The notes: generated by a model from the letters alone, not told the origin. A stretch of 20,000 bases of DNA from an uncultured Methanosarcinales archaeon (GCA_964485195.1 CAZAIK010000002.1:56972-76971); one strand, 5' to 3'. Numbered from the stretch's first letter, positions 7,200 through 14,647 are shown. A program made the numbers and translations.

Positions 7200-7288
7200 A
7201 TTGCCATGCAAGAATAAATATGTTCTGCCTAAGGCAACCCTGGCAATTGGGCAGTGTCTGAATAAAATAAGCTGATTTTAGGGTTGCC
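7200..7288. repeat. Nested/crossing inverted repeats in a 214-bp intergenic region
   Basis: GGCAACCCT (7233-7241) / AGGGTTGCC (7280-7288); ATTGCCA (7200-7206) / TGGCAAT (7241-7247); TGCCT-A-AGGCA (7226-7236). Confidence 0.55.
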
Positions 7289-7328
7289 AATAACAAAATT
7301 TTTATTTTTAGCTGTTTTTTCAAGTGAA

Positions 7329-7982
7329 ATGTCAATTGCAGAGGAAGCATTCAAACAGCTGTATCCTGACAAGGAAGCAGAGGTAACTATGGAGTATTCT
7401 GGCAGGCTTAAGAGTTACGGCGCAAATGTAACATACAATCGTGTGAAGAACAGGATGCATTTCAAGCTCAACAGGAAATGGCTGGAAATTGACGAGGACA
7501 TAGTTATGGGATTGTTGCAGGAGCTTATCTGCAAGGTGAAAAAGAACAGAAAAAGGACTTTCTGCATGGATCTGTACAACAATTTTGTGAAAAACCTCCA
7601 CATAGCAGTTCCAAAGGACAGGGTTGAGCCCAAGCTGAAAGAGTCTTTTGAACGGGTGAATGAAAAATATTTTTTGGGGATGGCTGACCTTCCCAATCTT
7701 GTTTTCGGCAGGAATTCCACATCTTCCCTGGGGCATTATGACTTCAAGACAGACACCATAACCATCAGCAGGGTTTTTGAGGACAGAAACGATTTGCTTG
7801 ACTTTGTTATGTACCACGAAATGCTTCACAAGATGCACAAGTTCAAGGCAGGGCTGAAAACAACTTACCACTCCTCAAAATTCAAGAAAGCGGAAAGGTC
7901 ATTTGAGAATTACGAGAAGGTTGAGAGGGAATTGAACAAGTTTTTGAGGAGGAGAAGGGTCAAAAAGGCATTGGGATTCTGA
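7329..7982 (+). CDS. SprT/YgjP(DUF45)-like HExxH metallo-hydrolase
   Basis: C-terminal half has SLGHY....ITIS and FVMYHEMLH...H...F, typical of SprT/DUF45 zincin-like domains. Likely start ATG 7329. Confidence 0.8.
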   Translation: MSIAEEAFKQLYPDKEAEVTMEYSGRLKSYGANVTYNRVKNRMHFKLNRKWLEIDEDIVMGLLQELICKVKKNRKRTFCMDLYNNFVKNLHIAVPKDRVEPKLKESFERVNEKYFLGMADLPNLVFGRNSTSSLGHYDFKTDTITISRVFEDRNDLLDFVMYHEMLHKMHKFKAGLKTTYHSSKFKKAERSFENYEKVERELNKFLRRRRVKKALGF

Positions 7983-8003
7983 TTGTGCCTTCCTACCAAA
8001 ACC

Positions 8004-8048
8004 TTTATAAATTCTTTTGAAAAACCAAATTCAAGGTTTTTAGGTGAT
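8004..8048 (+). promoter_or_regulatory. TATA box and Shine-Dalgarno site for the aIF5A-rpl40e-S2P unit
   Basis: TTTATAAA at 8004-8011 and AGGTGAT at 8042-8048, just before ATG 8052. Confidence 0.7.
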
Positions 8049-8051
8049 TTT

Positions 8052-8447
8052 ATGGGAGAAACTAAGGTTGCAGATGTTAATACGATTAAAAAAGGCAGTT
8101 ACATGGTCATTGACGGCAAGGCCTGCAAGGTCGCGGATGTGCAGGTTTCAAGGCCGGGAAAGCACGGCCACGCAAAGTACAGGATCGTGGCTGTGGACCT
8201 CATAGAGGGCAAGAAGCACGACATAGTGATGCCTCACGGAAGCGTGGAAGTGCCTATCATTGGCAAGAAAAACGCCCAGGTGCTTTCAATACACGGAAAC
8301 ACGGCAAATGTGATGGACATGGAGAATTATGAGACATTTGACCTGGAGATTCCTGAGGAGCTCAAGGGCCAGGTCAAGGAGGGAAGCACCGTGCTTTATT
8401 GGGAAATACTTGATGAAAAGGTTATGAAGCAGGTGAAATCTGAGTAA
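8052..8447 (+). CDS. eif5a: Translation factor aIF5A (eIF5A)
   Basis: Hypusine-site motif PGKHGHAK, C-terminal OB fold with MDMENYETF, and SD AGGTGAT. Confidence 0.97.
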   Translation: MGETKVADVNTIKKGSYMVIDGKACKVADVQVSRPGKHGHAKYRIVAVDLIEGKKHDIVMPHGSVEVPIIGKKNAQVLSIHGNTANVMDMENYETFDLEIPEELKGQVKEGSTVLYWEILDEKVMKQVKSE

Positions 8448-8449
8448 AA

Positions 8450-8614
8450 ATGGCAACCAAAGTACCAGAAGCGGAAGCAAGGCTTTTCCAGAACATATTT
8501 GTCTGCAAGGAATGCAAGTCAAAATTAAGAACCACAAGCATGAAAGTTCTTTCGGGAAAAGTGAAATGCAGGAAATGCAACAGCAGACACTTGAGGCCTG
8601 TTAGAAGAAAATGA
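8450..8614 (+). CDS. rpl40e: 50S ribosomal protein L40e (eL40)
   Basis: Manual translation (54 aa): MATKVPEAEARLFQNIFVCKECKSKLRTTSMKVLSGKVKCRKCNSRHLRPVRRK. PEAEAR, CxxC..CRKC and LRP signature. Confidence 0.93.
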   Translation: MATKVPEAEARLFQNIFVCKECKSKLRTTSMKVLSGKVKCRKCNSRHLRPVRRK

Positions 8615-9783
8615 ATTACGAACTGATAGCACTTGCTGTTTTCGTAGCCTTATTAACTTTATTTCTTGTATGGAAAAGAAAAAAAATTGAAATCCAGAAA
8701 ATCCTTTTCCCTGCTTTTTACTTCATCCTTTACAAAACTAAGCTTGGTCTTAAGTCCATGGACAAAATAGCAAAAAAGAAGCGCTTGATGCAGGTTTTCA
8801 ATTCAGCTTCTGTTGCTGTGGGCTTTGCGGGAATGGCGCTTATTTCCATTCTGCTGCTTTACAATCTCTACAAGATTGCATTTTTCCCGCAGGCAGTGTC
8901 GGGAGTTGCCATAGTCCTCCCCATCAAGGCAAAAGGGGTTTTTTATGTTCCTTTTTTCTACTGGATAATCTCAATACTCATACTCGCAACTGTTCACGAA
9001 TTCTCCCATGGGATGATCGCGAGGTTCAACAACATCAGGATAAAATCAAGCGGCTTTGCCTTTCTCGCTGTTCTCTTCCCCATAATACCTGCGGCTTTTG
9101 TGGAGCCCGACGAAAAACAGCTTAACAAGAAAAAGACAAAGCAGCAGCTGCAGGTCTTTGCAGCAGGCCCCTTCTCAAACATAGTCCTGGGCTTTGCCTG
9201 TTTGGGGCTTTTTCTTTTGATAGCCCCTCCTATCGCGAATTCAACCCTTGACTTCAACGGCGTGAACATTACTTCAATCTCCAACAACAGCGTGCTTAAG
9301 GGAACAAACATTTCTGTAGGTGATTCAATATTGAGGGTAGACAATAAGAATATTACCTATGTGGAGGACTTTGTTGGCTCGCTTCAGAATAAAACAATTG
9401 GGCAGCCGGTGATGATTGAAACAGCAAGAGGCAATTCTTCAGTTGAGTTGGGCGAGCATCCTGAAAACAAGACTAAGCCCTATCTTGGGGTTACTGTTGA
9501 GCAGGTGAAGGACATAAAGCCCGGTGTCAGGGAATCCATAGGCAGCTTTATCCCGAACGCTGTCATATGGTTGCTGGGGCTCTTGTACTGGCTTTATCTC
9601 CTTAATCTTGGAATAGGGCTTTTCAACCTTGTGCCTGTGGGTCCAATTGACGGCGGAAGGATGGTATACACAGCCCTGCTCAAGAAATACAGGAAGGACA
9701 AAGCAATGCAGATTACCAAGTGGATTTCCATAACCTTCCTGTTAATAATAGTTCTCAACATACTTGCAGGGTTTGTTATATAA
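8611..9783 (+). CDS. Site-2 protease (peptidase M50) with a PDZ-like insert
   Basis: HEFSH, AFVEPDE, AAGPFSN, NLVPVGPIDGG, and a soluble GD.I..VD insert between TM segments. Confidence 0.95.
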   Translation: MNYELIALAVFVALLTLFLVWKRKKIEIQKILFPAFYFILYKTKLGLKSMDKIAKKKRLMQVFNSASVAVGFAGMALISILLLYNLYKIAFFPQAVSGVAIVLPIKAKGVFYVPFFYWIISILILATVHEFSHGMIARFNNIRIKSSGFAFLAVLFPIIPAAFVEPDEKQLNKKKTKQQLQVFAAGPFSNIVLGFACLGLFLLIAPPIANSTLDFNGVNITSISNNSVLKGTNISVGDSILRVDNKNITYVEDFVGSLQNKTIGQPVMIETARGNSSVELGEHPENKTKPYLGVTVEQVKDIKPGVRESIGSFIPNAVIWLLGLLYWLYLLNLGIGLFNLVPVGPIDGGRMVYTALLKKYRKDKAMQITKWISITFLLIIVLNILAGFVI

Positions 9784-9797
9784 CCACCTACAAGTAA

Positions 9798-9813
9798 GAA
9801 AAACTTTTATAAA
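9798..9813 (+). promoter_or_regulatory. BRE/TATA for the micro-ORF at 9835
   Basis: GAAAAAC followed by TTTATAAA (9806-9813), 22 nt before ATG 9835. Confidence 0.55.
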
Positions 9814-9834
9814 CTATTCTGGATTTCTCCTTTC

Positions 9835-9975
9835 ATGACCCAGGTATCAAGAAGGGAATTCAATGTCTTGGAGGGGCTTGCCTGCGCAGGTTTGGCACTG
9901 GGAAAGGGATCTATTCTTCAGGAAGGAAAGGTCCTGGAGATAGTGCATATGCCCGTGATAATAGCAATAAAATGA
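9835..9975 (+). CDS. 46-aa micro-ORF with a twin-arginine (SRREF) signal-like N-terminus; small protein or gene remnant
   Basis: MTQVSRREFNVLEGLACAGLALGKGSILQEGKVLEIVHMPVIIAIK*. It fills the gap between S2P and the convergent DHFR-like gene and has its own TATA box. Confidence 0.5.
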   Translation: MTQVSRREFNVLEGLACAGLALGKGSILQEGKVLEIVHMPVIIAIK

Positions 9976-9978
9976 TTC

Positions 9979-10482
9979 TTATTGCACTTTGTAACGCAGC
10001 TGGATTATATCTTTGGAAATATTCTTCACATCCAGCAGTTGCAAGTTCAAATCAAAATTTTTATCAGAAAACACAAGAATCCCTTTTGAAACAATCACGG
10101 ACTCAATGTTTATAATCATCTCATCAACCAGCTTCGCCTCTGCAAATGAGCTGTTTGTTTCGGAGCCCCCTGCAAGCAAGACCTCTTCAAAGCCTTTTTC
10201 ATTAAGAATGTTTATTGCTTCCTCGGGCGTTTTTGCGGAAAGGACATCATTAATAGCTTCGGAAGACAGCACGATTTTTGTCACTTTCTTTATCTTTTCA
10301 AGATATCCCTTGTCCCATTTTTTCAAATTGTCGTATGTTTTCCTCCCCCAAATAATGCATCCGGCTTTGTTAGCCAGCCTGCAAAAGCTTTCCCAGTTTT
10401 CATCGGAGAGAAAGTCTTCCTTACCGTTTTCCCTGGCAATCATCCCGTTTGCAGACATCGCCGCGAAAAGCGTTACTTTCAT
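9979..10482 (-). CDS. Dihydrofolate reductase/RibD C-terminal domain family protein
   Basis: AAMSANGMIA, IWGRKTY, LLAGGSETNSSF, LVDE and terminal IQLRY. ATGA overlap with cca. Confidence 0.9.
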   Translation of the reverse strand: MKVTLFAAMSANGMIARENGKEDFLSDENWESFCRLANKAGCIIWGRKTYDNLKKWDKGYLEKIKKVTKIVLSSEAINDVLSAKTPEEAINILNEKGFEEVLLAGGSETNSSFAEAKLVDEMIINIESVIVSKGILVFSDKNFDLNLQLLDVKNISKDIIQLRYKVQ

Positions 10483-11699
10483 ATCATCCTCGCGCTCTTG
10501 AACTTGTTGCTTATGAACTCCTTTTTCAGCAGTGCTTTTATCATCTCATTTGCTTCTGTGTGCTTTCTTCTTAACTTGACATAGGCCCTTTTGTTTTTTA
10601 CAAAATAACCAGGATATTTCTCTGCAAACTCCCTGAAATTCCTTTTGGCTTTTTTGGGAGGGCCTTCGTGAACAAATTCCTTGTTTATCTTCATTTTTTT
10701 GAATTTATACCAGAAATATGCCTTTTTGTCCCAGTGCCAGCCTGATTCCTCTATCTCAAAGCCGTTAAGCTCCAGGTGCTTCCTGATGTTTTCATGGGCC
10801 TTCAGCAGTTTGGAGCCCACTACATCTCTCTTGCCTTCAAGGGGAGCCACTGACAAAACAATTGTGTTTTTTCCTTTGACACCCTTAAGGGCGAACTTCT
10901 GCTTTTCAAAAAACCTCTCTGAAGGCTTTTTGACAAATTCTTTTGAAGCATTCAAGAACTTGTCAAACATTTCCTCATCAAGAGCGGCAGAGGCGTTCCT
11001 GTCAGGCTGAACAGGGTCTATCACTATCAGGGGGCTCTGCGTCTTTGACCTGTTTAGCTTTTTCAATGCGTCCCCCTTGTAAACATTGTAAAAGTCAATT
11101 ACCTGCTTCTTTTTCCATCTGGCGGCGTTTTTTACAAGATTTTCAAAGCTTCTGTAATAAATGGTTATAATATCCAGCACGTGCCCTGAAAAGCCCCTGA
11201 TATAGGATTCCGCGCCGTAAACTTCCTGCGCCTTGCAGAACTGCTTTGCCAGCCTTATCTCATCCTTCAACCCCTCCTTTTCCCCTGTCTGGAGGTTTAC
11301 CCAGGCAACGTGCAAAGGCGAGGCGTCGGTGATATTTACAATTTCCTTCCTGCTTATTATGTTGTAGACAGGAACTATCTCATACTGAATGCCCTCAAAT
11401 TTTATCCTGAAGTAGTCCCTGGAGCCGTGCACCCTTTCCGGCTTCAGGGAAGCAAGGGTTCTTTCCAGATGGTCGGAAAGCTTTTGGCTCGCGTACCTTT
11501 TGGAGAACTTGACAAAAATGTCAACATCATGATCACCCTTCAGCAGGGTGCCTTTTGCAAGGGAGCCTCCAACTTCAGCCATGGCGTCAATGTTTTTTTT
11601 CTTTAAGAGCCTGTTGACTTTCCCTACGAATTTATTGACTTTTCTCCATATCTCCTTTTCATTGGGTCTTATCTTTTTCTTTACCCTTCCCAGCTCCAT
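10479..11699 (-). CDS. cca: CCA-adding enzyme (archaeal class I tRNA nucleotidyltransferase)
   Basis: GGSLAKGT...DHDVDIF nucleotidyltransferase motif, EIVP, TDASPLH, YGAE...GFSG, DPVQPDRNA, HEGPP. Confidence 0.95.
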   Translation of the reverse strand: MELGRVKKKIRPNEKEIWRKVNKFVGKVNRLLKKKNIDAMAEVGGSLAKGTLLKGDHDVDIFVKFSKRYASQKLSDHLERTLASLKPERVHGSRDYFRIKFEGIQYEIVPVYNIISRKEIVNITDASPLHVAWVNLQTGEKEGLKDEIRLAKQFCKAQEVYGAESYIRGFSGHVLDIITIYYRSFENLVKNAARWKKKQVIDFYNVYKGDALKKLNRSKTQSPLIVIDPVQPDRNASAALDEEMFDKFLNASKEFVKKPSERFFEKQKFALKGVKGKNTIVLSVAPLEGKRDVVGSKLLKAHENIRKHLELNGFEIEESGWHWDKKAYFWYKFKKMKINKEFVHEGPPKKAKRNFREFAEKYPGYFVKNKRAYVKLRRKHTEANEMIKALLKKEFISNKFKSARMI

Positions 11700-11743
11700 A
11701 CCTGAAATTAACAGGGAGTGTTTAAAAGTTTTGCGAGAAAAAC

Positions 11744-12301
11744 TCAGGATTCTGCTTTGAAGGCCTGATACACAAACAAGGGAGGGATATTGATTACAGC
11801 CAGCTTGGAATCAACATAATCAAATGTTTCCTTTAGCTGTTTCTTGATATGGCTGTAAAACTGGTAGACCAGAAAACTGCCTTCGTTAGCCAGGGCTTCC
11901 CTTGTGCGCTCTATTATGCGCTTCTTGGTGCTTTTGGGAATGAGCGAGAAGGGTATTCCTGATATTATATGGTCTGCTGACTTCTCCCCGCAGGCAGAAA
12001 GCACCTGCTTGACGTTTTCAGCGCTTTCATTGAAAACCCGCACTCTCTTGTCCTTGACGTTGCTGAGCAGGGAGACAAATCTCTTGTTGGTCTCTATGAG
12101 TATGAGCTTTGAATCGGCATTCATCCGCTTCAGGAGGAACTTTGCGAAAACTCCAGTGCCAGGGCCGTATTCCACAATAACAAGCCTTTTGCTGAAATCA
12201 ATACCCTTGCAGATTTTCCTGATTGCAGTCTGGGAAGTTGGGATTACAGAGGCAACTTTCTTGTCCAGCAGGTTCTGCTTGAAAAACTCAAGTTTGTGCA
12301 T
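11744..12301 (-). CDS. SAM-dependent methyltransferase, PmtA/COG3963 (phospholipid N-methyltransferase-like)
   Basis: VASVIPTS, VEYGPGTG, IETN..F, IISGIPFS, YQF, NIPP. Start 12301 fits TTTATAA at 12323-12329; 12310 is the alternative. Confidence 0.85.
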   Translation of the reverse strand: MHKLEFFKQNLLDKKVASVIPTSQTAIRKICKGIDFSKRLVIVEYGPGTGVFAKFLLKRMNADSKLILIETNKRFVSLLSNVKDKRVRVFNESAENVKQVLSACGEKSADHIISGIPFSLIPKSTKKRIIERTREALANEGSFLVYQFYSHIKKQLKETFDYVDSKLAVINIPPLFVYQAFKAES

Positions 12302-12337
12302 GGAATTCATTTAGATGTATTATTTATAAGTTTTTTC

Positions 12338-12790
12338 TTATTTTAAATCCTTTTCAGGAACATAGAACTTTTTATTTTTGTAATTCTCAAGCACTTTCGC
12401 GCTTGGAAAATAAATGGGAGACGGAAGATTGTGCAGGTCAAACCAGCGCCATTCAATTATCTCATCAGGCTCCATCACTCTTGGCTCGCCCTCAAAATCA
12501 TCAGAAAACAGGCCTATTGTAACAAAATGCGCATCATCCACCATATCATTGTTTATGCAAATAACTTTAACGCTGTTAAGCCTAATTCCTGTCTCTTCCA
12601 AAGTCTCTCTTTTAGCGCCTTCCTCAAATGCCTCTCCAAAATGCAACTTGCCTCCGGGCATTGTCCACTTGCCAGCGCCGTTCAGCAGGCTTGAGGCCTT
12701 TTCAGGGTCTTCGTGGAGTTTTCCCAGCAAAACCTTGCTGTCCTTTAAAATCATCACCCCAAATCCAACACCAACTTTCTTCTTTTCCAT
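12338..12790 (-). CDS. NUDIX hydrolase, NUDT15/MTH2-like
   Basis: Nudix box GKLHFGEAFEEGAKRETLEETGI, plus GVGFGV, HFVTI and EP.VMEPDE...W.W. Start ATG 12790. Confidence 0.92.
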   Translation of the reverse strand: MEKKKVGVGFGVMILKDSKVLLGKLHEDPEKASSLLNGAGKWTMPGGKLHFGEAFEEGAKRETLEETGIRLNSVKVICINNDMVDDAHFVTIGLFSDDFEGEPRVMEPDEIIEWRWFDLHNLPSPIYFPSAKVLENYKNKKFYVPEKDLK

Positions 12791-12833
12791 TTGATGCAAG
12801 AACTTTGGCTTGTTTATGTTCTTTTTGAGATGG

Positions 12834-13337
12834 TTAGCGCTTTTTCCTCTTCCTGCTGAGAATTCTCTTGAGCTTGGGCCTGTGCTCTTCCGAGACTATG
12901 TACCCCACGCAGTTTTTTGAGCCGCACCTGCAGGGATGGTCCTCAAAGCTGTCAAGGTCGTAGCCGTAATCATAGCTTAACTCCTCTCCTTTCTTTATGT
13001 CCCTTATCGCTATTATCCAGATGTGCCCCTTTATTATGTCTGTCTCGCAGTTGGGGTCGCAGGAGTGGTTTATGAATCTTGCAGTGTTCCAGGGCACGTT
13101 TCCGTCAATGTCATATCTTTTGTTCAGCTCAAAAAGGTAAACAGCCCCTTTGTTATTGTCTTTTTTTGAAGCTTCAATATCCTCGTCAGCCCTCCTGTCA
13201 GACTCCTTTTTTGTTATTTTTTCCCCCACATACTCAATTATCCTGGTGCCTTCGGGAATATCCTTTTTTGCAAAAACTCCTTTGTTATGGATAGAGGAGC
13301 CTTTCACAGTGATGTATGGGGATGTTGTTTTTTTCAT
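12834..13337 (-). CDS. SET-domain protein-lysine N-methyltransferase with post-SET Zn cluster
   Basis: S.IH.KGVFA, IIEYVGE, RFINHSCDPN, GEELSYDYG, post-SET CRCGSKNC. TATA-like tract at 13361-13367. Confidence 0.95.
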   Translation of the reverse strand: MKKTTSPYITVKGSSIHNKGVFAKKDIPEGTRIIEYVGEKITKKESDRRADEDIEASKKDNNKGAVYLFELNKRYDIDGNVPWNTARFINHSCDPNCETDIIKGHIWIIAIRDIKKGEELSYDYGYDLDSFEDHPCRCGSKNCVGYIVSEEHRPKLKRILSRKRKKR

Positions 13338-13426
13338 TATGCGCTGGGTTTAACAGCTCATTTAAAAGTTTTTTCCTATGATGGTTTTGTTTATCACTGA
13401 AAAAGAGTTCCTGCCAAGCGGCAAGA

Positions 13427-13434
13427 TTTATAAA
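13427..13434 (+). promoter_or_regulatory. TATA box for the CPA1-like transporter/rhomboid unit
   Basis: TTTATAAA 23 nt before ATG 13457. Confidence 0.65.
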
Positions 13435-13456
13435 GTGCATAAAAATAAACCAGCTT

Positions 13457-14647
13457 ATGAGTGTTGCCATAATTAACCTGACTTTCATAGGTGTTGTCCT
13501 TCTCATAGGAATATTATGCACAATCATCTCGCTGAAGACAAAAATTTCAAGTGTGCTGTTCCTTCTTATTGCGGGAATTGCCCTGGGCAACCTGAAGTAT
13601 CAGGGGGAACAGCTCATCTCCTTTTCACCGGTAACCACTGCAACAATAGCGGTGCTTGCCATAGCAATAATAGTCTTTGACGGGGCTTCAAGGTTGAAGC
13701 TAAAGGAGTTTGACCAGTTTGCCGTAACATCCGCAAAGCTTTCAATAGTTTATCTGTTCCTTTCCATGGCAGGGGTAACTGCTTTCGCATTTTACCTGCT
13801 GAACTTCAGCATGTTCAACTCCCTGATACTTGGAGCGCTAATGGCGGCGACCGCTCCCGAGGTGGTGTTGGGGGTTTTCAGGGAGGTGAAGACAAGGGCC
13901 ATAGAATTCCTGGAGATCGAGAGTATTGTCAACACTCCGCTTATTGTCATAATCCCTTTCATAGTACTGGACTTCCAGAGGACTGTGGGGCCTGTTGCGT
14001 TTGAGCATTTCTTTGAGCAGATACTTCCTTTCCTTCAGCAGATTTTTGTGGGGATAGGCTCTGGGGTTGTGATAGGCCTTATAATATTCAAGTTCATGAG
14101 AAAGCATTACTCCACCATAGTTTCCCCAATAGCAATCGTGACAGCAGCATTGCTTACTTACGGGCTGGCAGAAACAATAGGGGGCAATGGGGTTTTGGGA
14201 GTGACAACCCTTGGAGTTATGTTCGGCTCTGTTTATCTGAAGGAAAAGAAGGAGCTGGAAAGCTTTTCCTCCATACTGAGCAACCTCTTGAAAATACTTG
14301 TTTTTGTCTTCGTGGGAATGCTCATAAACATTTACTTGGGAACGGAGATGATTCTGCTGTCACTTGCCCTCTTCATAATTATACTGCTGCTGAGATTCTT
14401 TGCAATTTCTGTCTCTCTCATCGGAAAGGAATACACACACAAGGAAAAATTATTCATGACCTTTGTCTCGCCCAAGGGCGTTGCAGTTGCTGTAGTTGCG
14501 CTTATATTTTCCACGCTTGCCTTTCCCGGAGCCAAGGAGCTTATAGACATGACCCTGCTGATAATGTTCTATTCCGTCATCGTCTCCTCAGTGTTCTCCA
14601 TATTCCCAAAGAAATTCTCAAAGACAGTCAAGAATCAGGGTAAATGA
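13457..14647 (+). CDS. Cation:proton antiporter (CPA1/NhaP fold) family protein with a degenerate ion-binding site
   Basis: About 12-13 hydrophobic segments. Motifs FDG, AT(A)P, LEIES..N(T)P, AE.IGGNG.L, R, and PKGVAVA align with the NhaP layout. Confidence 0.88.
   Translation: MSVAIINLTFIGVVLLIGILCTIISLKTKISSVLFLLIAGIALGNLKYQGEQLISFSPVTTATIAVLAIAIIVFDGASRLKLKEFDQFAVTSAKLSIVYLFLSMAGVTAFAFYLLNFSMFNSLILGALMAATAPEVVLGVFREVKTRAIEFLEIESIVNTPLIVIIPFIVLDFQRTVGPVAFEHFFEQILPFLQQIFVGIGSGVVIGLIIFKFMRKHYSTIVSPIAIVTAALLTYGLAETIGGNGVLGVTTLGVMFGSVYLKEKKELESFSSILSNLLKILVFVFVGMLINIYLGTEMILLSLALFIIILLLRFFAISVSLIGKEYTHKEKLFMTFVSPKGVAVAVVALIFSTLAFPGAKELIDMTLLIMFYSVIVSSVFSIFPKKFSKTVKNQGK

Noticed and set aside
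7242..7285. Fluoride riboswitch or C/D box sRNA in the aRF1 downstream gap
   Set aside because: GGCAAT...GCTGAT is only superficially similar; the pseudoknot and GAUG/UGAC core are missing. CUGA is present but there is no box C.
12837..12860. SET tail as a true nuclear localisation signal implying a eukaryotic host
   Set aside because: Polybasic termini occur in other proteins here (FKBP N-terminus, SprT-like C-terminus), and there is no secretion signal.
13379..13400. ATGATGG...CTGA as a C/D box sRNA
   Set aside because: Imperfect box C and too short to hold guides plus C'/D' boxes. It lies between divergent promoters.
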